DNA from: Kofleriaceae bacterium
GTDB lineage: Bacteria > Myxococcota_A > Polyangia > Haliangiales > Haliangiaceae
Reading direction: 5' to 3'
Length of the DNA: 64,000 nt
NCBI GenBank assembly: GCA_965215005.1
Contig: CBDCCZ010000042.1
Location: forward strand, 160,001 to 224,000
The position numbers were made by a program, and so were the translations under genes. Below the pieces are notes generated by a model. The model searched no databases. It was not told where the DNA came from and worked only from the letters and a program-made list of their open reading frames with translations. Numbering within the stretch: the first letter of the stretch is position 1; each line of letters starts with the position of its first letter. This document shows, piece after piece, positions 11,540 to 21,837 of the stretch.

Positions 11540-12442
11540 ATGCCTTCTTCCGAAACCGGCGGCAGATACCATATCGGCATGGTGTCGCGGCTCACCGGCC
11601 TCTCGCAACACACCTTGCGGGTATGGGAGCGTCGCTATGGCGTGGTCGATCCGCAGCGCACCGCGGGCGGCAATCGAGTGTATTCGGACGCGGAGGTGGT
11701 GCGCCTTCGACTGTTGCGCCAGCTCACCGCCGCGGGCCATTCCATTGGCCAGATTGCCGGCCTATCGACCGCGGCGCTGCAGCAGTTGCCAGCGCGCGAT
11801 CCCGGCGCTGGCGAGCTCTTGCCCCTCGATTTCAAGGCCAGATTTCTGGCCGCGCTCGAGCGAATGGACCTGGAGACAGCGGAGGCGATTTTGTCGCGTG
11901 CCGCCAGTTCATTTGGACCGCGCGAGCTCGTCCTCGAGGTGCTGGCGCCGATCGCCTCGGAGATCGGCGAGCGCTGGCAGTGCGGTGCGCTGCGAATCGC
12001 GCATGAGCACGCTGCCTCGGCGCTGCTGCGCAACCTACTCGGTGCCCTGATGCGCTCGCACAAGGCCGCCCCCGGCGCGCATCTGGCGCTCGCCACCACC
12101 CCCGCCGGCGAGCTCCACGAGCTGGGAGCACTGATGGCCGCGCTGCTTGCCGTGGCCCATGGCTGGCGCGTCATCTATTTGGGCCCAAACCTGCCAGCCA
12201 GCGAAATCCTCCACGTTGCTGACAAGAGCGGCGCCCGCGCGGTTTTATTGTCGGTGGTGAGCGACGAGGCGAGCTTTGGCGCTGAGCTCGCGGCCGTCGC
12301 CGAGGCGCTGCCAGCAAATACTTCCTTGATCATTGGTGGCAGTGGCGCTTCCCGCGCCGCGCCGATCGACGAAAGGGTGATCGTTGCCGAGCGCCTCATC
12401 GAGCTCGAGCCACTATTGACTCGCCCGCTCCGGGGCTCATGA
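11540..12442 (+). CDS. carH: MerR-family cobalamin-binding photoregulator (CarH/LitR-like)
   Basis: MerR HTH (LRVWERRYG), W-x9-EH (WQCGALRIAHEH) and E-x-H-xx-G (ELHELG) B12 motifs; GAGG RBS before ATG 11540. Confidence 0.88.
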   Translation: MPSSETGGRYHIGMVSRLTGLSQHTLRVWERRYGVVDPQRTAGGNRVYSDAEVVRLRLLRQLTAAGHSIGQIAGLSTAALQQLPARDPGAGELLPLDFKARFLAALERMDLETAEAILSRAASSFGPRELVLEVLAPIASEIGERWQCGALRIAHEHAASALLRNLLGALMRSHKAAPGAHLALATTPAGELHELGALMAALLAVAHGWRVIYLGPNLPASEILHVADKSGARAVLLSVVSDEASFGAELAAVAEALPANTSLIIGGSGASRAAPIDERVIVAERLIELEPLLTRPLRGS

Positions 12443-13227
12443 AAATCCATGCCGGCGTACCGATGCACAATGACCCGAGGTCAAAGCGGCATTCGCCCCG
12501 CGGCGCGCTCGGGCCCGACTCATCTACGTGGAGAACGATATCAGTGAGTGCTTCCGACAACGCCGATGCAAGCTCAGGGTGTGAGCTGCAACGTCGCGAC
12601 CGGCTCGGCGGCCGGCACCTGTATAGCGTTCGCGCGTGGCGCGACTGGCTTGTGTACAAAGCCGGCGGGCTGAAACGCGCGCATACGCGGTTCAACGTCG
12701 ATTCGATCGCGCCGCACATCGCCCCGGGCGCGCGCGTCATCGACATCGGTGCTTGGGACAATCGGGTGGGCGAGCAGCTCCACGAGCGCCTCGGATGCGA
12801 GGTGGTTGGTGTGGACGTGGTCGATAAAAATGCCACCGAGCTGCCGTTCCGCTGCTTCGACGGTCGCACGCTGCCCCTGCAGCCCGGCGAGCGTTTCGAC
12901 GTCGCTACGCTGCTATACGTTTTGCACCACAGCCGCGATGACCTTGCGCTGCTCACCGAAGCCAAACGCGCCGTCGGCCCCGGCGGTCGCGTGTTGGTAG
13001 CCGAGGACATGGTCGAGCACCTCGGCCAGCGCGCGCTCACCATTGGTTTTCACCTGTGGCTGTTGACGTTCACCGGCATGGGCTGGCGCGGCCGCTTTCG
13101 CCGCCTCGAGAGCTGGCACGCCCGATTCGCCGAGGCCGGGCTCGAAGTCGAGTCGAGCCACGTTCTCGGGCCGCACATGGGCCGACCGCTGTGGCCGCGC
13201 AACGTGCTCTTCGTGCTGCGCGCGTAG
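12439..13227 (+). CDS. Class I SAM-dependent methyltransferase (start uncertain, may be later)
   Basis: VIDIGA, VGVDV, FDVATLLYVLHH, PGGRVLVAE. Confidence 0.8.
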   Translation: MKIHAGVPMHNDPRSKRHSPRGALGPDSSTWRTISVSASDNADASSGCELQRRDRLGGRHLYSVRAWRDWLVYKAGGLKRAHTRFNVDSIAPHIAPGARVIDIGAWDNRVGEQLHERLGCEVVGVDVVDKNATELPFRCFDGRTLPLQPGERFDVATLLYVLHHSRDDLALLTEAKRAVGPGGRVLVAEDMVEHLGQRALTIGFHLWLLTFTGMGWRGRFRRLESWHARFAEAGLEVESSHVLGPHMGRPLWPRNVLFVLRA

Positions 13228-13235
13228 CTCGCGGC

Positions 13236-13394
13236 TCAAGGCGCAGGCGCGGAGCCGCTGGGAGCCGGCGCGGGCGACGTTGGTGGCGCGGGCGACGTTG
13301 CTGGCGCGGCAAGCTGGGTATGCGGTCCGCGCATGCAGCCGGCTTGCAGCGCCATGCTCGCTAGAACACCCACCGAAATCAGTCGATGATTCAC
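13236..13394 (-). CDS. Small Pro-rich putative lipoprotein (52 aa)
   Basis: GTG start, signal-like NHRLISVGVLASMALQAGC followed by TSPAP repeats. Confidence 0.4.
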   Translation of the reverse strand: MNHRLISVGVLASMALQAGCMRGPHTQLAAPATSPAPPTSPAPAPSGSAPAP

Positions 13395-13476
13395 CGCGCA
13401 CCGATACTGCGACGAACGAGGTGAGTCAACCGCCGGCGGCGCCGCAGCGGCTTCTTGCCACCGATTGCCAGTTAGC

Positions 13477-13713
13477 ACGCCGCCGCGGGACTCATGACGC
13501 AGAAATCCGCCGCCCCGATGCGGGGCAAAGGCGGCAGAGTTCCGCTACTCACGCGCCCCCTTCGGCGTCTCCCCAAGCGATTGTTGCTTTGCTAGCGGTT
13601 CACGACTTCCGCCGTGAACCACTGGTAGCGCCGCCATGACGAAGGCGCCTGCCGCGTCTCCAATCGACTGTTTCGCTTCTAGTGATTCACGATGACCGCT
13701 GCGAGCCACTGCT
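13477..13713 (+). repeat. Palindromic dispersed repeat, fullest intergenic copy (13477-13626) plus degenerate tandem sub-unit (13654-13713)
   Basis: 13477-13598 aligns ungapped to 48189-48310 with 12 mismatches in 122 bp; terminal hairpin GGTTCACG-N8-CGTGAACC. Confidence 0.92.
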
Positions 13714-13768
13714 ACGACAACGACGGAACCGCGCGCAGAGCGGGACGCGGTTGTTCTATGGTTAGCGG

Positions 13769-14668
13769 ATGACAAGAACATGGGTGGGGTTGGTCATCAT
13801 GACGGCTCTGATGAGCTGTCGCGGCGAGAGCGCAACAACCGAGGTCGAGCCGGCCGAGCCGGCCGCCAGCGATTCTCCCGAGCCGGCCGAGGCCGAGCCG
13901 CCGGCCCCGCCGCCCGCTGCGACGGCCCTGCGTTGCGACGAATGGCTATCGCCGGCCATGGTGGCCACCGCGTGCGGTGAGACGCTCACGCTCGCTGCCT
14001 CGGAGTTTATTCCTGACAATGAAATGAGCTGCCGCCGCCAGGGCGAGCTCACCAGCGGCGCCCGGATCGAGCTCATGATTGGCAAGGCCGAGGCCTTCAA
14101 CTGGAAAGTCACTCAGCGCAAGTTTCCCAGCACGCCCGCGGTCACCGAAGAGCGGGGCCGCAAGCTCGCGCGCGTCGGCGCCTTTCCCTATCTCATCACG
14201 GTCACCATGACCCAGCGAGGCCGAGCGAGCCCGGTGTGCGACGACGCCGAAGCAAGCGCGCTTGCCTCCGCCATCGCCGCCGCCGTGCCGCGCGGCGAAG
14301 CACCCGAGGTCGCCGCCGACAATCCTGTTTGTGCGCAGGTATTGAGAACCGCCGATCTCCAGGAGGTCTGCGGCAAAGCAATCGAGCTGCGCTCTACCGC
14401 CATGGAGGATGGCGAGTCAGTGTTTTGCAATCGCACCGGCAGCGGCGGCCTCGTCTTCATCGTCAGCCGCCACCGCGACGCCGCGACCGCCAGCCGCGGC
14501 AAGGAAGTGGCCAGCGAAGGTGGTCGAGGCAACCGCTCCGTCGCAACCCACGACCGCTATCTCGTCGAGCTCAAATCCTTCGATGACTTCGGCGAAACCG
14601 CCGCCTGCACCCAAGCGCAGCTCGACACCCTCACAACGCGCATCACCGAACGACTCGCGGCCCTCTGA
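13769..14668 (+). CDS. Hypothetical lipoprotein with two Cys-containing internal repeats
   Basis: Lipobox LMSC; two similar units (CDEWLS..ACG..CRR and CAQVL..VCG..CNR). Confidence 0.75.
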   Translation: MTRTWVGLVIMTALMSCRGESATTEVEPAEPAASDSPEPAEAEPPAPPPAATALRCDEWLSPAMVATACGETLTLAASEFIPDNEMSCRRQGELTSGARIELMIGKAEAFNWKVTQRKFPSTPAVTEERGRKLARVGAFPYLITVTMTQRGRASPVCDDAEASALASAIAAAVPRGEAPEVAADNPVCAQVLRTADLQEVCGKAIELRSTAMEDGESVFCNRTGSGGLVFIVSRHRDAATASRGKEVASEGGRGNRSVATHDRYLVELKSFDDFGETAACTQAQLDTLTTRITERLAAL

Positions 14669-14739
14669 GTGGGTCGTATACCGGCCGCAGAAGGCGTAGC
14701 TCCTCGCTATCCTCCATGAGAATCAGCGTTCGCCACTCG

Positions 14740-15732
14740 TCATCCTTCGTGCGCATCGACCTTCTGGCAGTCGAACTCGATGCGCAGCGCCTCGCCGGTG
14801 TCAGGATCGGTGTAGTTGCGAACCAGCGTGATCGGAAACGTCGTGGCGTCGGTTGGAATGTCGAGCTCGATGGTGCCGTAGACGTTGCGGCCATATTGAT
14901 CAAAGACGCAGTGAAACGCTTCGCTATCGGGGGCGGACTCGCACGGGCCGCTGGCGATCTCCAGCGGCTCGGGCACGCTGGTCATCAACCGGCCACTCAG
15001 CGCGGCTCCAGCGTCGCCTTCTGCCGCCTCGAGTCCCTCGAAGAACTCAAGACGCAGTGACGACGATCTTTCGGTGCGACATGCAACCACGGGCACCGGC
15101 TCCGCTTCGAGCAAATCCGCCGCGTAGAGCTCCCCCTCGCCAGGCTCGGAGACGCTGGCGATCGCCACCCGCGCGCGATAGACGCCGCTGCCCGTAAGCC
15201 GCTCGAAGTCGCCGCGAAGCGTCAAGTCCGGTCCCGTCAAGCGATCGAGCCGCGCCATCTGCCCATTCCGATCAGCGATGGTACCGACCACCGCGATCAC
15301 CGGTTGCGCCAAGTACACCGTCGCGAGCGCGTAGTCGCCGCTCGGATCCGGGCTCGACGCCATGGTGAGCGCATAGCGCGGCTCCTGGCCATCGGCGATG
15401 CGCCGCTCGGCCTGGGCCCGCAGCACCTGCAACGCCGCCGCGTCGCCCTCGAGCCGATAGCGGGTGATCCCGCCGTGCATCTCCACCCAAAAGTCGAACG
15501 AGCCATCCGCCGCCGGCGCCAGAGTTCCGGTCTGCCGTCGAGCCGAGTCTGGCAACGTTGCCGCAAACGAGATCGCCAGCGGAAACGCGGTTTCCTCTAA
15601 AGCATCGGTCTTACCGCTCGGTCGCGATGGATCAACTTGATCATTAGTGACCTGACCAGTCGAGTCGACGTCCAATAGACATCCACTCGTAGTCAAACAA
15701 AGCATTACTGCTCCCAGCTTGATGACTTGCAT
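14740..15732 (-). CDS. Hypothetical lipoprotein
   Basis: MQVIKLGAVMLCLTTSGC lipobox followed by a GKTD motif; long ORF. Confidence 0.72.
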   Translation of the reverse strand: MQVIKLGAVMLCLTTSGCLLDVDSTGQVTNDQVDPSRPSGKTDALEETAFPLAISFAATLPDSARRQTGTLAPAADGSFDFWVEMHGGITRYRLEGDAAALQVLRAQAERRIADGQEPRYALTMASSPDPSGDYALATVYLAQPVIAVVGTIADRNGQMARLDRLTGPDLTLRGDFERLTGSGVYRARVAIASVSEPGEGELYAADLLEAEPVPVVACRTERSSSLRLEFFEGLEAAEGDAGAALSGRLMTSVPEPLEIASGPCESAPDSEAFHCVFDQYGRNVYGTIELDIPTDATTFPITLVRNYTDPDTGEALRIEFDCQKVDAHEG

Positions 15733-15745
15733 GAAACGCCGCAAA

Positions 15746-15760
15746 GCAGCTTTGGTGCCA
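15746..15760 (-). promoter_or_regulatory. Putative sigma-54 promoter
   Basis: TGGCACCAAAGCTGC on the minus strand, GG-N10-GC spacing, just upstream of the lipoprotein gene. Confidence 0.45.
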
Positions 15761-15845
15761 AGGCACCTCATTCTGCAAACGGCGAATGCACCGCCTTGCC
15801 GACAACAAGGCTCCGGCAGCTTTGCGAGCCAGGCAGCAGCAGTGT

Positions 15846-16778
15846 TCACTCGCGTGGCTCGAACGCGCCGAGGAGACGCGCTAGTTGCGGCATGCGCAAC
15901 GCCAGCCAATTCCCCACGCGCTCGAGACGAAAGAAGCATAGGTACGCGAAGCCGAGACACTGATACGGAAACAGAATGAACATCAGCCCCAAGATGCCCA
16001 GGTGAAACGCCATCACCAAGCCAACCCACATTGCAGCGAAGCGACGCCGCAAGAGCGCGAGCGGCGCGGCCAGCTCGACCACGATGGTGACGGCCGCCAA
16101 CGCACGAAAGAGCCAATGAGCGCGGAGGAGCGGGGTTGCTAGCGGCGAATGAACGTCACCCAATAGGAGCTTGCGCGCGTTGTCGATAGCGACGTAATTG
16201 CGCAACGCATCCCCCCACACCCAGCCCATGCCGGCACCGCGCAGCTTGGCCACGCCAGCCAAGACATACGCCAACACCACCACCGCCATCATTAGCTTTA
16301 GCGGCCAGCCATAGCGGACGTCTGCGCTTGCTGGCGAAGGACGACGCCGCGCATCGAGCGACCACGCATCGGCCGAGGGCACCAGCGCCAAGATAATGAC
16401 ATGCAGCACCAAGAGATTCTCGGTGTGGAAGATCATTCCCCACGAGCTGCGGTAGCTCAGCTGCCAAAGGAGCAACAGGCCAAACAATGGGCCGGTGATG
16501 CGAAACCGCCAGCCGAGAAAGAACGGCACCGAAGCCGCTACTGTGAGCCACGCCAGCAGCGTCACCACCGCGGGCAACAGCGCGCGATCCAGCAGCAGCG
16601 CGACCGGCCCCACCGGCGCGAGCTCGCCTGGGTGATAGCGCGCAACTGCCAGCCAATCGGGCAACCGCGCCACCAGATAGATGCAGCAAAACAGCCCCAC
16701 GAGCAACCGCGTCAGGCCCAACCGAGCCGCCGGCGCAGGCGCCCTCCAGTAGCGATCGAACGCGGCCAAGATCTTCAA
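15846..16778 (-). CDS. HTTM (vitamin K-dependent carboxylase-like) domain membrane protein
   Basis: [42 protein letters not shown] start overlapping upstream stop. Confidence 0.8.
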   Translation of the reverse strand: MKILAAFDRYWRAPAPAARLGLTRLLVGLFCCIYLVARLPDWLAVARYHPGELAPVGPVALLLDRALLPAVVTLLAWLTVAASVPFFLGWRFRITGPLFGLLLLWQLSYRSSWGMIFHTENLLVLHVIILALVPSADAWSLDARRRPSPASADVRYGWPLKLMMAVVVLAYVLAGVAKLRGAGMGWVWGDALRNYVAIDNARKLLLGDVHSPLATPLLRAHWLFRALAAVTIVVELAAPLALLRRRFAAMWVGLVMAFHLGILGLMFILFPYQCLGFAYLCFFRLERVGNWLALRMPQLARLLGAFEPRE

Positions 16779-17215
16779 CGTGGCACCCGGCAGAGGCCAT
16801 GGATTCGCTCGGCCCCTGCTCGATCGCGCCCCGTGAGATAGGCGATGGCGTCGTGGGTTCCGGTCACGATGCGAATCTCCACCAGCGGGGACCCGGCGGT
16901 CGCGGCGGCCTCGGCGATGCGCTGGCACAGCGCCTTCGTCGCCGACGCGCCTTGCGCCACCGCGGTTGCGATCATCGAACGCGCCTGCAACACCTCCCGC
17001 GTGCCGAGCAACGCCGGCTCGATGGAACGGCGCTGCCCATCCGCGGTGACGCCCACGGCGTACTGCACCTCGATCGTCGCGTCTTCGCGCGCCCTTGCGA
17101 ACATCGGGTAGCTCGACAGCGGAAAGCTATCCTCGCCTCGCTTCCACGTCAGCGGCCACGCCACAGCGCCCATCACGACGATACTCACCAGGTATGCATA
17201 GAGCCGCGTGCCCAT
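16775..17215 (-). CDS. Hypothetical membrane-anchored HTTM partner protein
   Basis: N-terminal [14 protein letters not shown] motif, two Cys; coupled to the HTTM gene. Confidence 0.75.
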   Translation of the reverse strand: MGTRLYAYLVSIVVMGAVAWPLTWKRGEDSFPLSSYPMFARAREDATIEVQYAVGVTADGQRRSIEPALLGTREVLQARSMIATAVAQGASATKALCQRIAEAAATAGSPLVEIRIVTGTHDAIAYLTGRDRAGAERIHGLCRVPR

Positions 17216-17237
17216 CGTGAAGCTCCTCGAGCAGCGA

Positions 17238-18572
17238 TCAAGCGTCGTCTATCTCCGCTCGACGCGCGCGGCGATTGAGCGCGCGCGAGCCAACATAAAC
17301 CAGCAACCCCATCGCGAACGTCACCGCCGCCCACAGCGCCGCGCGAGGCTGCGCAGAAACCACCCAAAACGCCATCCAAGCCGATAATCCAATGAACGCG
17401 ATTGGCGTCACTGGATAGCCAATCGCGCGGTAGCCCTTGGTCACGACGCCACTGCGGCGCTCACGCGCGCGGAACACGAACACGCTCGCCACTGTCGCGG
17501 CTGCAAACACTGACAACGTGAAGCCGATATAGCGAATCAGTTGATCGAGGGGCTCCCACACGAAAAATATCGCCAGCGCCCCTTGCAACAGCACCGCCAG
17601 CACTGGCGCGCCGCGGCGGTTGCGCCGCGCGAGCACGCTTGGCAGCGCGTGATCCTCGGCCATCGCGGTGTAGACGCGGGGACCGGCCATCACCATGGCG
17701 CTCACCGCCGACACCAACGCCAGGGCAATCAACGTGGAGAGCAGATTTCCCGCCTCGCGACCAAACAACGCCACCGCCGCGACATGGCCAACTTCGCCCA
17801 CTCCGGCAAGCGTCGCCGGAGCGGCAGCGTAAAAGTAAACCACGTTTAAGAGCACATACAGCGCCGTCACCAGCGCGGTGCCGAGCAGCAGCGCGCGCGG
17901 CAAGACTCGCTCGGGATCACGCACCTCGCCGGCGAGATACGCGGCCGCGTTCCACCCCGAGTAGGTAAACGCCACGAAGATGAGCGACACCCCGAACTGC
18001 TCGCTTAGCACCGCCTCCAGACCTACGCCGCGTGCTTCGAAGTGCTGCCAAGAGCCCTCTCCCACCGCCAAACCAGCGGCGATAAAGACGCCGATCAGCA
18101 GCACCTTGAGCACCGTAAACGCCGTTTGCACCCGGCTGCCGAGGACGACGTCGGTCGCGTGCACCGCGGTCATCAACACGATCAGCACCACCGCTGGCCA
18201 ACGCGCCGGCAACCCTTCGAACACCGCATGGACGTAGCCGTCGAAGGCGATGGCCGCGGCCGCAATGGGAGCCGAAAATCCGGCTATCAACGACACCCAT
18301 CCCGAAAGAAAGCCAACCACGGGATGATAGGCCTGGCGCAGATAGACGTACTCGCCACCCACGCGCGGCATCCGCACCGCCAGCTCGGCGTACACCGCCG
18401 CGCCGCACAGCGCCAGCACACCTCCGACGAGCCAGCCGATGAGAATCGCGCCAGCGTCGCCCAGGTCGGCCGCCATGAAACCCGAGGTGGTAAAGATGCC
18501 GGTGCCGATCATGTTTGCAACCACGATGGCCGTGGCGGCAACCAGCCCGAGCTTTCGCGACGGCGCGCTCAT
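17238..18572 (-). CDS. APC family amino acid permease
   Basis: NMIGTGIF, YAEL...P..GGEYVYL, FTYSGWN; about 12 TM. Confidence 0.92.
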   Translation of the reverse strand: MSAPSRKLGLVAATAIVVANMIGTGIFTTSGFMAADLGDAGAILIGWLVGGVLALCGAAVYAELAVRMPRVGGEYVYLRQAYHPVVGFLSGWVSLIAGFSAPIAAAAIAFDGYVHAVFEGLPARWPAVVLIVLMTAVHATDVVLGSRVQTAFTVLKVLLIGVFIAAGLAVGEGSWQHFEARGVGLEAVLSEQFGVSLIFVAFTYSGWNAAAYLAGEVRDPERVLPRALLLGTALVTALYVLLNVVYFYAAAPATLAGVGEVGHVAAVALFGREAGNLLSTLIALALVSAVSAMVMAGPRVYTAMAEDHALPSVLARRNRRGAPVLAVLLQGALAIFFVWEPLDQLIRYIGFTLSVFAAATVASVFVFRARERRSGVVTKGYRAIGYPVTPIAFIGLSAWMAFWVVSAQPRAALWAAVTFAMGLLVYVGSRALNRRARRAEIDDA

Positions 18573-19612
18573 GGGCCGGCGGGTACGTGCCGCTCGAGAA
18601 ACGCAAACGAGTCGCGCCAACAGCGCTGCGCCGCAGGCCGCCACACCAGCGCGAAGAACGCATGCATCTCGCCCGGGTAGTAGTGCATCTCGCGCACTGC
18701 GCCGCGGGCCGCGGCAATCTGCTCGAGGCGCCGCGTGTCGTCGAGCAACGGGTCACGCGTGCCCACCGCGGAAAACAGCGCTGGCAACGGCCGATCCGGA
18801 TGCTGCTCCTCGAGCACCACCAGCGGGCTGGCCAGCTCGGCGGAAGGCGCGCTGCCGAGATAGCTTTGCGCGACATCGGCGATGACGTCGGTCACCACCC
18901 GCGGCAGCTTGCGACGCTCGCCGAACCGCGCGTGACGGCTCACCTCGAGGATGCCGCAGTACGGCATGCACACGCGCGGCGGGCGGTTCCGCGCAAACAC
19001 GCGCTGGGCAAATGGCTCGGGTCGGCGGTAGCAGCTCGCCACCGTCACGGCGAGCGCCAAGTTGGCACCGGCGGACTCGCCGGCGACCACCATGCGCGCG
19101 GCATCGCCGCCGTAGCGATGGACGTTGTCTAGCGCCCATTCATAAGCGGCGCAGGTATCCTCCAGCGCCGCCGGAAACGGATGTTGCGGCGCCAGTCGAT
19201 AGTTGATGGTGAGGACCACGTAACCGGCGCGCGCAAACATCAGCGCAAGCGGCCAATGAGTATCCTTCGAACAAGTACAGAAACCACCACCGTGGATGTA
19301 CAGCACCACCGGTCGCAGCGTCCCGCAGCCGCGAGGCCGGTAAACATCGAGCTGGTGCGCGATCGATCCATCAGCGACATAGTTGAGATTGGCGATGATC
19401 TCCACGTCGCCTCGAGCCGCTCGCGCGCGCGGGTGCATCCGCGCAGCGCTCGAGACGCCGCGCAGGACACTCTCGGAGACGACCGTTTTGACCCGCCGAC
19501 TCCATTGCGCGCGCCGCCCGAGCCGCCGCGGAGTCGCTGGCGCAGCGGTCAACGCATCCTCGAGAAGCGCCGCCTCAGCGCGCGCCTCGGGCGACGAATT
19601 ACTAGCCGTCAT
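18569..19612 (-). CDS. Alpha/beta hydrolase (HSL-type esterase/lipase)
   Basis: HGGGF, YRLAP, GESAG, DPL and H catalytic motifs. Confidence 0.92.
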   Translation of the reverse strand: MTASNSSPEARAEAALLEDALTAAPATPRRLGRRAQWSRRVKTVVSESVLRGVSSAARMHPRARAARGDVEIIANLNYVADGSIAHQLDVYRPRGCGTLRPVVLYIHGGGFCTCSKDTHWPLALMFARAGYVVLTINYRLAPQHPFPAALEDTCAAYEWALDNVHRYGGDAARMVVAGESAGANLALAVTVASCYRRPEPFAQRVFARNRPPRVCMPYCGILEVSRHARFGERRKLPRVVTDVIADVAQSYLGSAPSAELASPLVVLEEQHPDRPLPALFSAVGTRDPLLDDTRRLEQIAAARGAVREMHYYPGEMHAFFALVWRPAAQRCWRDSFAFLERHVPAGP

Positions 19613-19815
19613 GAATCCTCCGCGGCGCTTCGCCGCGACCAGCAGGGTAGCGAAGTCACGCCTCACGAGAAAGCTCCCAGGAGCCGATGCCAAGCCAAAG
19701 CCCCCCCGGGCGAGCCAGCCGCCCCAGGCCAAAGCACCGGGGACCTGCCGTGGACGCGGCGCGGCTGGTCATGACCGCTGAGCTTCGCTAAGGTTTGGCT
19801 GCGAGAGTCCCTGCC

Positions 19816-20964
19816 GTGCACAGCTACCCACCGCATCCCCTGCCCCCGCGCGGCCCGAGCGCCGCCACCCGTTGGCTCGCGCTGCTGCTGATACTCGTTG
19901 CCGGCGCGTTGGTGTTTACGGTGTGGCGCCAGCGCAGCCAGCGGATTGAGACGCCGCGGCCGGCAGAGCCGCGGGCGATCACGCCGGCGGGCAACCTCGC
20001 TGAAGACGAGCAGGCCACGATCCAGCTGTTTCGCGAGGCGTCTCCGTCGGTGGTTCACATCACCAGCTTGGAGAGTCGGCAGGGTCGCTTGAGCCTCAAC
20101 ATGTTCGAGATTCCACAGGGCACCGGCTCCGGCTTCCTGTGGGACGATCAGGGCAACGTCGTCACGAACTTTCACGTCATCCAAAACGCCGACCGGGTGG
20201 AGGTAACGCTTTCGGACAACACCGTGTACTCGGGCACGGTGGTTGGGACGGCGCCCGATAAAGACTTGGCGGTCGTCAAAATCGAAGCGCCTCCCGAGAA
20301 GCTCAAGGCGCTGGGCATCGGCACCTCGAACAACCTGCAAGTTGGACAAAAAGTCTTCGCGATCGGCAATCCGTTTGGTCTCGATCAAACCCTCACGACC
20401 GGCGTCATCAGCGGCCTCGGGCGCGAGATCAAGTCGGTTAGCAAGCGGCCGATTTACGACGTCATTCAAACCGACGCACCGATCAATCCCGGCAACAGCG
20501 GGGGTCCCCTACTCGACAGCTCGGGCCGACTCATCGGCGTCAACACGGCGATTTACAGCCCCTCGGGGGCGTATGCGGGCATTGGGTTTGCCGTCCCCGT
20601 CGATACCATCAACCGAATCATCCCGCAGCTCGTCGAGAGCGGCACCATCGTACGGCCGGGGCTCGGCATCCACATTGGCAGCGATCAGCTCGCCACACAG
20701 CTCCGCCGCGAAGGCGTGCTGATCATGGACGTGGCGCCCGATAGCGCCGCAGCGCGCGCGGGCCTGCAGGGCATGGCCTCCAGCCCAAACGGTCGCTGGA
20801 CCTTGGGCGACGTCATCGTCGGCATCGACGGCACCCCTATCCAGAGCTCGAGCGATCTTTATCGACTGCTCGATGAGCGCAAGGTGGGCGACTCTATCGA
20901 GCTCACGGTCGAGCGCAACGGTGAACGCCGCCAGGTCGAGGTCACGCTGCAGCCACTGCCGTGA
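19816..20964 (+). CDS. HtrA/DegP-like serine protease with one PDZ domain
   Basis: GSGF, TNFHV, DLAV, QTDAPINPGNSGGP; N-terminal TM. Confidence 0.94.
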   Translation: MHSYPPHPLPPRGPSAATRWLALLLILVAGALVFTVWRQRSQRIETPRPAEPRAITPAGNLAEDEQATIQLFREASPSVVHITSLESRQGRLSLNMFEIPQGTGSGFLWDDQGNVVTNFHVIQNADRVEVTLSDNTVYSGTVVGTAPDKDLAVVKIEAPPEKLKALGIGTSNNLQVGQKVFAIGNPFGLDQTLTTGVISGLGREIKSVSKRPIYDVIQTDAPINPGNSGGPLLDSSGRLIGVNTAIYSPSGAYAGIGFAVPVDTINRIIPQLVESGTIVRPGLGIHIGSDQLATQLRREGVLIMDVAPDSAAARAGLQGMASSPNGRWTLGDVIVGIDGTPIQSSSDLYRLLDERKVGDSIELTVERNGERRQVEVTLQPLP

Positions 20965-21774
20965 CTACGCACCGCGACGCCGGCGCATTGCCCAGAGACC
21001 CACGAGGAGCACGAGCCCCATCGCCTGCGGCTGGGCGACGCGACAACTGCTGCTAACGTCGTCCTCCGCGATGCCCGCGTCTGGAGGCAGGCTGGCGCCG
21101 GCGCAAGGGCCCTCGGCGAGGACCAAGTCGATGTCCTCGCCGTAGTAGAAGCGCAAGATGCGGTCGTAGAGCCAGCCTTGCTCGGCGAGGCACGCCGCGC
21201 CGTTTTGCGACTTGCAGCCGCGGTTGGCGTCGTTGCTGGGACTGATGAAGCCAAGCGCGGTCTGCTCGACCTCGTCGCCCATGTTGCCTTCGTTGTAGGT
21301 AACGAAGGCCTCGGTGGCGGTTGGATCCATGCCGCCGCCACGGCACGATGGCCCCATCTGCAGCGCTCCGGCAACGTAAAACGCCGCCACTTGCACGCCG
21401 CGATACTGCAGCACCTGACCGGCGGTTTCTTCCACCGCGCGGTAGTGCTGTGGCTCGGGCTCGCGGCCGCAGCTGTAGACTTGATCGCCGGTGCCATCGC
21501 TGATCTCGCCGGTCGTGTCGAGGCGATAATAAAGATACGAGCGAGCGGCCACCGCTTGCGCTTTGAGCGCCTCGAAGCCAGCGGCGCCGTTTTCGCAGGA
21601 GATCACGCGCGGCAGATAGTCCGTCTCGACCTCCACCAGCCCCACCTCGGTGACGTCGACACTGCAATACGCGAGCAGCTCCTCGCTGCGCTGGCCGAGC
21701 TCGGGCGCGCAGGCCGCGAACATGCCACCCAGGCATGCGGCGCCCACCAGAGGTACAACGTCGGCGCGCTTCAT
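20965..21774 (-). CDS. SpoIID/LytB domain protein with MYXO-CTERM-like tail
   Basis: EALKAQAVAARSY, DQVY, SQNGA..LA..G..Y..IL..YY; tail SSC..hydrophobic..RRRR. Confidence 0.85.
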   Translation of the reverse strand: MKRADVVPLVGAACLGGMFAACAPELGQRSEELLAYCSVDVTEVGLVEVETDYLPRVISCENGAAGFEALKAQAVAARSYLYYRLDTTGEISDGTGDQVYSCGREPEPQHYRAVEETAGQVLQYRGVQVAAFYVAGALQMGPSCRGGGMDPTATEAFVTYNEGNMGDEVEQTALGFISPSNDANRGCKSQNGAACLAEQGWLYDRILRFYYGEDIDLVLAEGPCAGASLPPDAGIAEDDVSSSCRVAQPQAMGLVLLVGLWAMRRRRGA

Positions 21775-21837
21775 CGCGCTTCACGGTAGCACGATGCAGC
21801 GGCTACTCGGCAGCCACGTGCTCCGCGCTGAATGCAG

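Noticed and set aside
13477..13713. CRISPR array interpretation of the palindromic repeats
   Set aside because: Copies are dispersed, divergent and not regularly spaced; no cas genes are present.
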